Origin: Marsupella aquatica
Taxonomy: Eukaryota; Plantae; Marchantiophyta
Direction: 5' to 3'
Length of the DNA stretch: 64,000 nucleotides
NCBI GenBank assembly: GCA_973895155.1
Contig: OZ316891.1
Location: 30,697,112-30,761,111 of the forward strand
Shown: positions 16,621 through 35,142 of the stretch, piece after piece
Position numbering within the stretch: the stretch's first letter is position 1
Layout of the letters: every line of letters begins with the position of its first letter
The notes under the pieces: model-generated
Told to the model about the DNA's origin: nothing
Seen by the model: only the letters and a program-made list of their open reading frames with translations
Database searches by the model: none
Made by a program: the position numbers and the translations under genes

Positions 16621-16945
16621 ATTGGATTGTTTACGGTGTAGAGGGAGGTCTTCCCCTGTTCCTCCCTTATTACACTGTTGGATTGTTTACAGTGTAAAGG
16701 GAGGTCTTCCCCTGTTCTGCCCTAATTGCAGTGTTGGATAGTTTACGGTGTAGAGGGAGGTCTTCCCCTGTTCCTTCCTTATTACACTGTTGGATCTTTT
16801 AGGGTGTAGAAAGAGGTCTTCCCCTGTTCCGCCCTACTTACACTGTTGGGTTGTTTATGGTGTAGAGGGAGGTCTTCCCTTGTTCCTCCCTTATTACACT
16901 GTTGGATTGTTGATAGTGTAGAGGGATGTCTTCCCCTGTGCCTTC
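16621..16945. repeat. 56-bp minisatellite, right part
   Basis: About 6 copies of the same unit as 7668-8090, resuming in register after the transposon end. Confidence 0.92.
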
Positions 16946-16968
16946 CTGCCTTCTTTTAAGGATACAAT

Positions 16969-17230
16969 AGGGCGTCACAAAGCTTGGAAATTAGCTATGA
17001 TGACATTTGGTCATAAACGAAATGTCATAACTTTTTCACAAGATAATTGTGTAGAAGTTGTTTTTGTTTGTTCTTTCACCAGCCTCTAGAGTGACTAATA
17101 CTTGTGGCATAAGACCAATCCTTATGGCAAAATGTTATAGACTATGAATTCTGTAGTCCATAACGTTTTGTGTCCATAACCCATAACTAGCAAGTTAAGG
17201 TCCATCACATTGCCAGCTTTGAGACTCCCT
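16969..17230. mobile_element. MITE (Tourist/PIF-like) sharing its TIR with the Harbinger right end
   Basis: TIRs AGGGCGTCACAAAGCT ... AGCTTTGAGACTCCCT; internal TTATAGACTATGAATT..TAGTCCATAA palindrome. Confidence 0.8.
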
Positions 17231-17399
17231 AGTGATCGTGGTCTGGTTTGGGGTTACTAGCATGTCACACTCTCTGACCAGAAAGTATAAAAGACCTCAT
17301 AGGTGGCAACCTAGAAGCTTTTATGATCTTTCTTGAAGCAGGGTTGAGGTTAGAACCCAAGACCAGAACTCCATTATAGTATGTAATTATTATCCAGAA

Positions 17400-18330
17400 A
17401 AGGTTATTTCTAGGTAAGAGATTATGGGAGTAGTAGGTACCTTCGAAAGTACACACCGGTAACCTACGTTCCATATGGAATTTATTGACATGTGATGGTT
17501 GCTTCTCGCCCTCATTGGCACACTGTAGAGCCGGGTTCCATGCTTCCCCTTCCCTCATTGGGATACTTTAGTAAGGTTGAGAAATATATGCTTCCTGATT
17601 CTTGTGTCTGCAATAAGTGTCGTACTCTTCCTTCCTCAGGATCCTACATTTGTAAGTTTTGTAATAAATTGGAAAATTCCTGGAGTTTACTGTGCCAACT
17701 AATATCAATGGAGGTATTGTTGACTCAATCTTTGTGATCAACTTCTGTTAATCATGGCAAGAATCAGAATATTGGCTGCAAGACTCAACAACTTTGTCAG
17801 CTGAAGACAATGGGGATCAATTGCTGGAAGGACATACTTTCTAGTTCCAGGGTGCCAAAAAATGGGATGAGTTTCTGAGGATTGGCGCAAGCCCAAGGGA
17901 CACCATGCATTTAACTTTCTTATGGCTAACTCCAGGTTCCCGTTGGTTTTGACGGGGGATCCTTTTGCTGAATGGAAGATGTTTATCTCCACGATGCCAA
18001 TACTAGAAGGGAAGATTATTTGGGAAATCCGGATGCAGAATAGTCAGGTAAAGGAGATTTGGATGTAGGAGGAGCTTCAGCAAGGGCAACACATCTTACT
18101 TATAAAGCATTGTTTCATGGTTACCTTGAGGGCCCCAAAATCAAGTTGTGGATTACCCTGAAACAACCATGGTTTCTCATTGGCTCCCCAAAACTTGGTC
18201 ATGAGGGTGTTGTTATCAGCCCTGTTTGAGAGCTGATGGAACACTACTCTAATTCACCCCCATGCCACTTGGCCCCTTCTTGCAAGGTGGGGTGTTCAAA
18301 GAGGAAATGTACTGCCCATAGAGGCATGGC
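17400..18330 (-). mobile_element. Possible highly degraded LINE ORF2 3' fragment
   Basis: Short minus-strand peptides (NTLMTKFW, IFWHPGTRKYV) resemble the post-RT region of plant LINEs. No intact ORF. Confidence 0.25.
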
Positions 18331-18768
18331 TGTGTGGTAGCTCACTTGAGTGAAAACTGATAGGTTTTGACTTCAAATGTTGTGAGTAATTAAACTAATA
18401 ATTGGACTATTTGCTTCATGTGAGTAGCACTAAATCCTGCGATTCTCTTTGTGTGAGTAACACTAATTATTGGACGATTTGCTTCAAGTGAGGAACACTA
18501 AATCTTGTGAGATGCTTCATGTGAGTAACACTAATTATTTTGTATTTTGAGAAACACTAATTGAATGTAATTGATGAGATAGCTCGCCAACTCATGCAAA
18601 GAGCTTCCTTTTCATTTCCCAGAAAGATTTGTTTCTGTAACCCACTCTAATTATCTTATTCCTTCACTCCAGCACAATTATGGGGCCTCAAACCTGAAAA
18701 TTTGATGGACCTTAACCTAATAGTTACTACTCTAATTATCTCAGTCCTTCATTCCCTCCAACTTAATT

Positions 18769-19147
18769 AGGGTGTTTCAAACTCAAAACATGATGGACCT
18801 TAACTTAATAGTTAGGGACCTAAAAAGTTATGGACTACCAAATTCATGATCCATAACTTTTTGCCAGATAGATTGGTCATATGGCATGACACTAAGTAAC
18901 TCTAGAGGCTAGTGAAACCCCACAGAAAGGGAAATCTCTGAAACCTCACCAGAAGGGAATAGACAATCACAACATTTGAACTCTAGACTTATAAGTCTCA
19001 AGTCAAGTGAACTACCACATAGGCATGCCTCTCTAGGGTAATAAACACACACACTTTACACTACCCTCTTGGAAAAGCTATGGCCATTTGTTAATGGCCA
19101 AAAGCCATCATCTTCAACTACTCCCAGTATGAGCTTTGAGATGCCCT
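18769..19147. mobile_element. MITE, same family, opposite orientation to 16969-17230
   Basis: AGGGTGTTTCAAA ... AGCTTTGAGATGCCCT; shared internal GATGGACCTTAAC and AAGTTATGGACTA motifs. Confidence 0.7.
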
Positions 19148-19232
19148 ATCATGTCTTGCCTGTAACTTTATGTCCTTGTTCACCGGTTTCTTCCTCAAGC
19201 ACATCTTTGGCAACAACTTCCTTGAGTCAAGT

Positions 19233-19489
19233 TGGGCGTCTCAAAGCTTCAAAGTTGCTGATGATGACTTTTGACCATAAACAAATGGTCATCACTTTCT
19301 CATTGGGTTACATAAAAGTTTTTAATATTTTCTTTCACTAGGCTCTAGAGTGACTTATTGTCATGACAGATGGCCAATCTTTATGGCAAAAAGTTATGCA
19401 CTATGAATTGGGTAGTCCATATTTTTTTATGTCCATAACCTCAACTCCTATATTATTTTGAAGTCAAATGTCAAGCTTTGGGATGCCCT
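19233..19489. mobile_element. MITE, same family
   Basis: GGGCGTCTCAAAGCT ... AGCTTTGGGATGCCCT; colinear with 16969-17230. Confidence 0.75.
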
Positions 19490-20840
19490 ATTGAACAGAT
19501 GGACCAATCTTTATGGCAAAAATTTGTGGACTATGAATGTGGTAGTCCATAATCTTTACTGTCCATAACCTTAACTACTATATTTAAAGCGTTGAGACCC
19601 CCTAGTGAACAAGTGGACTAATCTTTATGGCAAAAAGTTATGGGCTATGAATTTGGTAGTCCATAGTCTTTTCTGTCCATAACCTTAACTACTAAATATG
19701 AAGTTTTCAGACCTGTAGTGAACACGTGGACCATTCTTTATGACAAAAAATCATGGGCTATGAATTTGGTAGTACATAACTTTTTTTTGTCGATAACCTT
19801 AATTACCAAATTTGAAGCTTTGAGACCCCTAGTGAAAATGGGGACCGATCTTTATGGGACAAAGTTATGGACCATGAATTTGGTAGTCCATAATCTTTTC
19901 TGTCCATAACCTTAATTACTAATTCAAGTTATGGACCATGAATTGGTTAGTCCATAATCTTTTCTGTCCATAACCTTAACTACTAAATTTGAAGTTTTCA
20001 GACCCTCTAGTGAACATGTGGAATAATTTTTATGGCAGAAAGTAATGGAGTATGAATCTGGTAGTTCATAATCTTTTCTGTCCATAGCCTTAAACACTAT
20101 TTTTTAAGCTTTCAGACCCTGTAGTGAACATGTAGACCATTCCTTATGGCAGAAATTATAGACCATGAATCCAGTAGTCCATAATCTTTTCTGTCCGTAA
20201 CCTTAACCACTAAATTTGAAGCTTTGAGACCAGGTAGTGAACATGTGGAATAATTTTTATGGCAAAAAGTAATGGACTACCTATTTGGTGTTCCATGTCT
20301 TTTCTGTCCATAACCTTATTTACTAATTTGAAGTGTTATGAATTTGATAATCCATAATCTTTTCTGTCCATAACCTTACCTACTAATTTGAAGCTTTGAG
20401 ACCCTAGGTAGTGAACATGTGGACCAACTAATTGATCTTTGCCTCCCTCAGAACCCTAGTAATTGATCTTTGCTCCCTCACAAATAGTGAACATGGAGTA
20501 ATCTTTATGCCAAAAAGTTATGGACTATGAATTCTGTAATACAATCCATAACCTTACCTACTTATTTGAAGTTTTGAGACCCCTAGGTAGTGAACATGTG
20601 GACCAACTAATTGATCTTTGCCTGCCCCAGAACCCTAGTAATTCAGAACCCTAGTAATTGATCTTTGCTCTCACAAGTGAACATGTGGAGTAATTTTTAT
20701 GGCAAAAAGTTATGGACTATGAATTTGGTAGTCCATAATCTTTTCTGTCCATAACCTTACCTACTAATTTGAAGTTTTGAGCCCCCTAGGTACTGAACAT
20801 GTGGACCAACTAATTGATCTTTGCCTCCCTCACAAACCCT
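19490..20840. repeat. Satellite of about 113-bp units derived from the MITE terminal half
   Basis: Unit AGTGAACATGTGGACCAATCTTTATGGCAAAAAGTTATGGACTATGAATTTGGTAGTCCATAATCTTTTCTGTCCATAACCTTAACTACTAAATTTGAAGCTTTGAGACCCCT. Starts at about 19490, 19604, 19717, 19831, 20009, 20123 and 20236. Later units have AATTGATCTTTGC/AACCCTA inserts. Confidence 0.9.
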
Positions 20841-21060
20841 TTCCGAAAATTTGCGTGAACTGAGGTCATAAAATGGAGAAGACTGCTTCTTTATCATCCG
20901 TTCACTACCGTAACTCAATTAGGAAGTTGGCGAGGACTGCATCTGTAAGCAGATGTTAGTGGACAGTCCTGAAAACGAGAACGAGAGAACGTGAGACGGG
21001 GGAAATCGCGTGTTGGCGTGTTCGCTAGTCAGCTAGTGAATTCCTCCAGCTCAATTTTCA

Positions 21061-21171
21061 GTTGTTGGCAACATTTTATCTGCCATCAGTAGAATTCAAG
21101 TCGTTGGCAACATTTCATCTGCCATCAGTAGAATTCAAGTTGTTGGCAACATTTCATCTGCCATCAGCAGA
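21061..21171. repeat. 39-bp tandem repeat, about 3 copies
   Basis: GTTGTTGGCAACATTTYATCTGCCATCAGTAGAATTCAA repeated. Confidence 0.9.
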
Positions 21172-22994
21172 GCTGAGCGAAGAGTGCAGCGCCGTTGCTG
21201 CAAAGGAGGGAATGGCGGAAGGGAAGAAATCGGAAGGAAAGGGAGGACATGTCCAGCCCCCGGGATGGCTTGACTAGAGCGTGACGGGCTATGATAGACA
21301 ATACGCTTGCCAGGTCAATCGTGAGAAAGGTCATTGCTCCAATGCAAACATCGGATAGGAGAACGTAGATTTCGTCGCGTGAAAACGCCAGAGAAAGACG
21401 TCCGATGTATGTCACCGTGATCCATGATTCAGCAGGGATTGCTACTGCTAGTGTAAGAAATGTCACCGCTCTGAAACTCTTCCGGATAACGATGGTAGTA
21501 ATGCCAAGAAATGAAGTCGGGTTATGAGAACGGACGTACAAACGAGTCTCCGCTCGCTTCCTCTCGTTCATAATTATGTCGAAGTGAAGGTAGAAAAAGG
21601 GGTTTCTTCACGGTTTTCTTTTGCAAATCCTTCAGGTTCCTAGACATCACCATTTCAGTCAACAGCCATGACCTTCGGACATCTTCGTCCGAACATTCCT
21701 TTCCCAGGTGCATTAATTTCACAATAATGACAATCTAGTGAAGGAATCTTTGAATGTGCCCGATCATTCCTAGGACAGCATTGACACGCACTGCTTGTAT
21801 TCGTGCCTCGTGGTCGCTCGGAGGACACAACCGTCCTTGAAAACCGGGACAGAAGAGTACGCACGCATCGCCGGACGTCTTCGAAGTTCTAAGCAACGTA
21901 AAACAAGCAGGCCAAGACAAGACCCCCAAATTGCACCGTGATCTTCGCGACAGAATCGATGAAGCCATCCGAGAAAGTTCAAAAGTACGGCCAGTCTGCC
22001 AATCTTATGGATAGAGAGAAGGAGAATCAGACAAGCAGAATCCATCGACCAAAACCTGTCGCAGAGACTATACCACTAGCCCGCGATGATCCGTGGACCA
22101 GACTGCTAGTAGCGACAATCTGATGAGGACTGTGTCTGTGTTAGGGTCCGTCTGGCTACCATGTCGGTAAGGTAAGGAAGAAGCTGCAAACATCAATAGT
22201 GTAACATAGATTGCAGGAGGAGTGGGTTTTCCTCAGCTTTGACCCACCAACACAATACATTTCACGAAATAACATCACAAACACTTTCAGACAATCACGT
22301 CAAGGAAATTGGCAAAATGGACAACGAATAAAAACGCTCTCGATTAGGTGAACTAAAATAGAGAAAGTTATGTCCATGAGCACACTGCCCGGAAGAGCTT
22401 TCAGGTGCTGCAATGCAGCCTGGAGTAGAGCTACAAGAGCAGAAAGGACACAATGGGAGTCAACGTGAAATATCCGGCAATATGCCTTCCGCACAAAAGC
22501 ACCTGGACTTATCAACAGATTGAAGAGAAATCAAATTTGCCCCCAGTCTCCTCTTTATGTACAAATCCATAGGCAATGCAACCGGTCAACTTAATCGTGG
22601 GATTATGGGATACTTCAGTTAAGAGTGGGGGGAGAAAATACTGTGGTTGAACAAATTACAGCGGGGGCGGATTTGAGAAATTTTCTAGACTAACTAAACC
22701 TAACTTTGAATTTGTAGTCCTTGAGCTACCCAGCTTTCTTCCCCATTTCCCCCCCGGTTGTGGGGGACAATCCATCATACAAATGATAACAATCCCATCG
22801 AATTGTTTTGCTGACCCAAAGGATCCAGGGCAATTTAAACTATGCCTGGCTCCAAAGGAACACACTACTCTAAAAACTCACTTTGAAGTCTATGTGCCGT
22901 GACTGGAAGTCTGACCCGCATCATGACGGAGTACCTTGTCTCACTGTCTCATGTCAAGGTCAGACAAGTTACCTTGAGAAAGAATCAATATTTG

Positions 22995-28614
<5,620 letters not shown>

Positions 28615-29069
28615 TCGCTGCTCCACCCCCCTGATTTCCCCCCGATCCCACTCCCTCCTCCTTCTGCAACCTATCCTACCGCTACCTCAATCCATCTCCT
28701 GCTCCTCCCCCAAGATTGAGACACTCGTATCTCCTCACAGCTCTCCTCGCTCCCTCCCCGCCTAACCCTACGCTTGCTCAATACCACCCACCGCTCTTCA
28801 CCACTTCCTGCACCGTCCCCCTCCTGTTGACAACCAAATCCTTCCCAAACACCCAATCCTCGTCTCCTCCACCACCACCCCCACGGCAGGCCTTCGCCTG
28901 CCTTCTCCCCTCTCCTTCATCCAAATCCCGCTCTGTGCTCGTTCGGTTTACATAATCGGTCACCGCTTTCTTCCTCCTCCTCTTCCCGGTTGCCTTCCCT
29001 TCGCTTCCCTTCCTTCCTTTCACAGAATCAATCCTAATCAATCGACAATCACTAGTCAGTCAGTCTCCA

Positions 29070-29730
29070 TCGATCTTCTTCTTCTTCTTCTTCCTTCTTC
29101 CTTCTTCCTTTCTTTCCTTCTCCTCCTTCTCCTCGTCACCACCCCTTCCTTGTTCTCCCCTCCTCTCCTTCCTCTTCTCTTCTCTTCTCTTCTCGTCTCT
29201 TCAGCGCCTGGCCGGGCCTGCACGCACAACAACGACACCACCACCACCACCACCAACAACAACAACAACTCGCCTGTCCGTTCCTCGTCGGCCCCAAGTA
29301 CAGTCGTCGTAGGAGCTCCCTGGGCGGATTACTGGCTGGCGTGGCTCGTCCCTCTCCCCGTCTCATGCACACGCAGGCGCCCACGCAGCCATGCCATGCC
29401 ACACAGGGACGACGACGACAACGACGACGACGACGACGAACAAGAGAACAAGAAGAAGAAGCTCCACCTCTTCTGTCTCGATGGGCAGAACACAACAGAA
29501 ACAGGGAATAATGATGAGATGCACGAAGCAGCCTCGCACATTACACCCAACCCAGGAACGAGGCCCGAATCTTAAAAGGGCCAAAACGCCCCAATCGACG
29601 ACGCAAAGAAGGAGGAGAGGAGGAGGAGGATGAGGAGGAACACCAATTAGGACTGTACTGTGGCGCAGCAGGGCTAGGGCCTGGGTCAGGGTCAGGGTCA
29701 GGGTCAAGGTCAGTCCCAGGCCCAGCCAGC
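29070..29730. repeat. Microsatellite-rich leader/promoter region of the MAPK gene
   Basis: (CTT)n, (CAC)n, (CAA)n, (GAC)n and (CAGGGT)n tracts. Confidence 0.7.
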
Positions 29731-32700
29731 CATGGTCAGGCACGCAGGGCCCCCGCTCAGGGACAGGGGCGTTTCATTAATAAATCCCCCGTGTCCAAAA
29801 TATACCGTGCAGCATTTTCTCCCTGTTCATAGTTTCCCGGGAAACGGTACCGGTCATAAAAGCTCACCGGCACCGCCAGCCAGCCAGGCGCAGAAAATCC
29901 CCAGGAGGGCCACAATCACCGTGAAGCGCCCGCGGCCCCAGCCCGGCCGGTGAGTGAGTGAGTAAGTCCGGCCGGAATCCAGCTCCTCCAATTGGGAGCC
30001 TCGAATGGCGCCGTGGCCTGCCCCTTCTGCCACAGACATCGATTCTGGCGTGTACGCCCAATCCCTCTGTCATCCGCCGCTCGTGGCTCCCCCCTATTGG
30101 CTCGAACTGCCCCTAGACTACGGACCGTACTTATGTGTGGACCTGTGGGAGATTACGCCAAGTCACCAATTCTTGCTTTTCCATAGCTAGGAACCTTTGC
30201 GGAATCTTCCATGAACGAACGGCTGTGAGCCGCTCGATCTTACAGATCGAAGGTCTATATTACCTCAGAATCGGCGTTCGCTTAAAGTACCTTCCCTCCT
30301 CGTAAGTGGGGCCGTAAATTGATGTTTTATTCCTTTGTCTCGAAAGCTGGGCAATGAATTCCCCCAAATCTACACTTCCTGCTATACGTAAACAGGAGCC
30401 TTGAAGGAATTTTCACAGAATCTTTCAGGGATGGTTGAGACATCGACACCGATCTTGAAAGATCGAAGGTTGATATTAATTCCCAATTACCTCCCTTAAC
30501 ACACATTGATGAGTTGATCCCTACTGCGCCAGGATTGGGGCATGCCTCCCGCAATCAGCGCCGTTCACTTCTAGAACGGAGGTCTAAAGTACTCTCGGGC
30601 TCTAGAGTGACGCATTATCTAACCCGGAGCTGTGACGCAAATCCTTATTTTAAGACTACACTTGTCATATTTACGGAAGGGCAAAACTACTGCAGGACGG
30701 ACCAACGGACGTCGGGACGTGGCGTGGTTTGTCTGCACACGTACAAATCGAGAACTCGTAGAGAGCTCCGTGAATGCGGGAGGAGGAAGATCGGACGGCT
30801 TCGGCGTGGCGGTCACATTGAGGGGGAGATCGTAACCGGGAGTGCTTTGTCCGTAACCATGCACCGGCTAACCGGCTGGCTGTCACCTAGGTACTACCAC
30901 ACTCTTCTGTTCCACACTAGTCACCTGCGGGTCATCGCCGGCCACTCCGCGCAACCTACGGCGTACTCGACACCTCCTGGTACGGGACTACCCTCCCTGG
31001 GGACAATACCGTAATTACAGGTCCGGACCCTCCACAATAAATACAAATACCAGTTATTACCTCCACACGATTTTGGGAAATACATACTCCAATGAACCTT
31101 GACCCCATGGAGCGTGACACTTTTTATACCTTCACAAGTTATACCCTTCTGGTTTCCTAAAAGGTTTCAATACCAAAGTTTACTCTCTAATAAAATTATC
31201 CCTAATGTGCATGATTAAGGGCAACTCGTCGTGACTTTCCCATAAATTCTTGGGTGAGTTAGACTAAACCAAGAGTTTCACTACTTGGGGGCGAGAAACA
31301 GGGTGGAGATCGTTTGCCGTCTCCTCAACAGTGTCGGGCCCTTCTCACCACAAGTTAGGCCAAGGCCCGACGTTTCCCTCCCATTGCTTCCCAGTCCCAA
31401 CATTCCTAGTGCATCCCTGCTTAGGCCCTCCATAGTTGCTAGCTGCATTGCCCAGGCCCAACACTAGGCGCACCATCGTTGCAAGATCTGCTTCTGATCC
31501 CCTCTGCTACTCTGCTGTGATCCCCTCTACTGCGAGCTGCGAGCTCTCCATTGCTGCAAGCTGTAAGAATTATCCAGTTGCCGCCTCCATTGCTGCGCAC
31601 TGCTAAGAATTATCCAATGCAAGCTGCTTCACAAGCTTGCGAGCTGCACCCCTCCGCTCAAGCTGCTTCCCTCTATCCGCTACAAGATGCTTCTTGTAAC
31701 CCTGGTAGCTTTTAAACACAAGTGAACTCCTAAATCCCGTCCTAAACTCACCTGCTTATTTGCTGAATTAACCTGTTGTAGGGCAACTTTCGAAGAGTTT
31801 AAGGAAACACACCAAAAAGCACATTTGGGAGTCTGGCCCAAGTTTTGGCTCCTTTATATTACGGATAGTTTTAATATCTCACTTGATAATCAAAGGAATT
31901 GTTTCCCCTTGGGCTGGTTAGAAGAGACTTTGAAAAATCTTTCAATATCTCTAGTTTTAGTGAAGAATTGAAAGAGTTGGGAATTTCTTAAGATTACTCC
32001 ATCACTACAGTGGCTGTCCACTTTGCACTTCCAGAAGTTTTTGAGCAACTAACTTCAACATTCAGTTTGAAAAGAAATCCTAGTTTTATGAGTTAGTCAA
32101 GAATGGCCTGGAAACAACTTTGCAATGAGCCTAATATAGTCAAATTTCCTTGAGAATTGAGAGACCTAAGATTTCCCAAAGATTATTGTCTTGTTATCTT
32201 GCCACAATTCATTCATCAGTATAATATGTACTATGCTAGGGTTTCATTGAGGTCCATCCGGGTTGGACAAGTCTATTCAAGCATATGGCAAGCTTGGAGG
32301 TCCATAAGGGCTTCAATTCCTACAGTTCTGACAATACAAACTGAAAGCATAAAGACCTAGCAACGCAACCCAGGGAATAAGATAAGGGATTAACCAAACC
32401 TAGCTGAGGCACATCTGAATACTGTTTGATTCATTTGCCACATGAGGGAATAAGTCAAGGGAGTATGAAACCTAGCCCAGGTATGTATGAGTAGTGGTGA
32501 TTGATTTTCTAGTGGCAAAAAGCGAAGAATTTTAGAGATTTTTATTTTGTTGTCCAGAATGGAATGCTCTGATGGGATTCCTAAGCTCCAATATTGTGTA
32601 GTTGAAGTGAGATGGGATTAAACTACACAATCCCTCTCCCACTTGAAGACTTAGTTGCCACACTAGATGTGAACCATTAGGGCATGTCAAAGCAGGGCCG

Positions 32701-35073
32701 TAAGTGAATTACCTCCAAGGACATAAAATAGTTTTATGGCCAGGACCACAACCTTACATGATACCTATAAAGGTGCCCCGTAAGGATCAGACGTCCAAAA
32801 AGTGGATGTTCACATGGCAACATCGGTCTGCTTTTGAGAATATGGCCTTTTCACTGCAATGCCTGCTCAGGTCACTTGGAGGTTTTTTGTCACGCCTAGA
32901 TGGACTGAAAATGGCTTTGAGGTGAGGAAACACGGGTGCACAACAAGAAGGACAAACAAGAGACAATGGGAAATCAATCATCTGTGGCAGACTAATTACT
33001 TTGTGTGGTAATTAGTCTCACACCCTCACTGGTTTGCTAGGGCAGGGTTTTGCCCTGATATGCCTCCCTATTTCCAAGTGCCCTTATCCACCCTCACAGT
33101 AGGCGCCCCCCTTGGGAGCACTCTGGGATGCGCTTTGCTCCAAGGGTGATGGAAACTCTCAGATTCTTCAATGTGACGATTTTGGGGCCCCTATAATCTT
33201 CCGCGGTTAAGCAAGGTTAAGTCACTAAACCCAAGACAGAAAAAAGTGGCATTGTAGTGGTTAATCTGAAAAGGGTGACAATTCATGATATCTAACTATA
33301 TCATTGCAAGGAGAAGCTGGAATAAGAGAGTGGAGCCTGTAGACCGTGACACTAGCCAGGCAGGGGCAAGAATGGACCATGGGTGTGTTTGAGAAAACAA
33401 TTAAATGAGCTCAGTTTTGTTCTCACCAATTATTGTAGTCAAGAGGATGGGCAATAGGCTAGTTTGACCAAAAAAAGGTGGCAATCTAGTAACATCCAAT
33501 AAAATATTCCAAATCATTATTTTGGCCCACGCCTTTCCATGCAATCCCACTTGGAGACCCAGACTTCATGTACAGGGTGGCATATGGACTGTAACAATAG
33601 AGAGTACATATTCTACAGGACTGCCACAAAAAATAGGCATGTTTTTGTCCTACCTGAAACCATGGTTGTCGCCTGCATGCATTTCCGTCCAGAAGTCCAG
33701 GAGCCCACATTAGGGAATGGCACTTAACCACTGGGGACTGCTCTTGAATAAAGGAAAAGGGGTAGAGACAAGAAAAGAAAAGAAAGATGTTAGTATTAAT
33801 GCCTACTAGAAGCCACACAAAGAAAAGAAAAGAAAAAAAGTGATAGATTAATGCCTAAAAGCCACACAAAGAAAACAAAAGGAAAGTGATAGGATTAAGG
33901 CCTAAAAGCACACAAAGAAAAGAAGGGAGAAACTAACAGAGAATATACCCAAGATGAAAAGTTCAGTGCCACCAATAAAGAGAACATTTCAAAGAACCCT
34001 TGTTAGGTTACTAAGACTAAAGTGTGCACATTTACAGGTGTCTTCGAATACATAACGTCATCGTTGACATTGAACTTTAAGAAATCATCTCTAAACTTAC
34101 AAAAGTTGAAGATATTTCTTGAATGTCTTACCATAGTGCATGGGAACTGTGCAATGATAATTTAACAGCTTTTAATTCGATTCAAAAGATGACTATGGTA
34201 TGGTAGATATTTATACCTAAAAACATTAATCATATTGTCTTCACTTGAGAACTTGCAGTTTGCATGATGGCCGCCACTACTCTGCGGTTCCCTCCATGGT
34301 GTAGTTTGTCATTCAGCATGATTTGACTCTAAATTTTATGGTAGCTCTTATTGATGATAATATGAAGCTAAACCTCCCTATACAAATTGTTACAAGAACA
34401 TCTTACACAAAATTGTCACATGGGTCTAGTTTGTAACAAAAGTTTAGTAAAGTCATATCATATAAATTTGTTTTGGTAGGGGTTCCATCAAGCATATACC
34501 TTTTCAATTTACAATATTGTCATTGTTTTTTTTGTATTTACAAACATACCATTGTTTTTGTATTTGGTTACATTGGTGAACTTGTCATCCATATATGGAA
34601 CCATGATATATTTGTAAATAGATAAATAAAAGAGTGATGTTGTTGTCAATTTGGATATCTTTAGTGGCAAAGTAATCAAAACTTGCAAAATGTAAATTTT
34701 GGAACTGTGCACATACCATACTGTGTCCACAAAATGCCCAGAGATGAAAAAGTACATGTTCTTTTGTATCTCCGCATCTCATTTACACATTTGATTGAGT
34801 GGAATACATTGATATATATGCAGGCAATTGCACAAACATCAAAATCATTTATTTTTCATCCCACATTTTGAATTGTGTTTGCACTTTTGCCCGATGTCTC
34901 CCAACGCTAAGGGTTTTACAGTATCAAGCTCAATTTTTTTTATTTCTGGACAGAACTTCACGAAAGCCAAAAAAGCTGGAGGGCATATGTTTCATGTTTC
35001 AAGATGTCTCCCCAGTTAATTAGTTTCATGCTTAAATTTTGGCTTTGGGGGATGGCGGTGGAAACATTTCAGT

Positions 35074-35142
35074 ACCCATGGTATCTGAGAACATATACCC
35101 ATGGTATCTGAGAACATATACCCATGGTATCTGAGAACATAT
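35074..35142. repeat. 23-bp tandem repeat, 3 copies
   Basis: TACCCATGGTATCTGAGAACATA x3, perfect. Confidence 0.9.

Noticed and set aside
28671-29743. Many overlapping ORFs with homopolymeric amino-acid runs (similarly 6485-7588 and 40984-41622)
   Set aside because: Produced by GC-rich microsatellites in gene leaders and promoters; no domain signal.
30631-31035. TGTGA...CCACA segment as a solo LTR
   Set aside because: The flanks (GGAGC and ATAAA) do not form a TSD and there is no second copy in the window.
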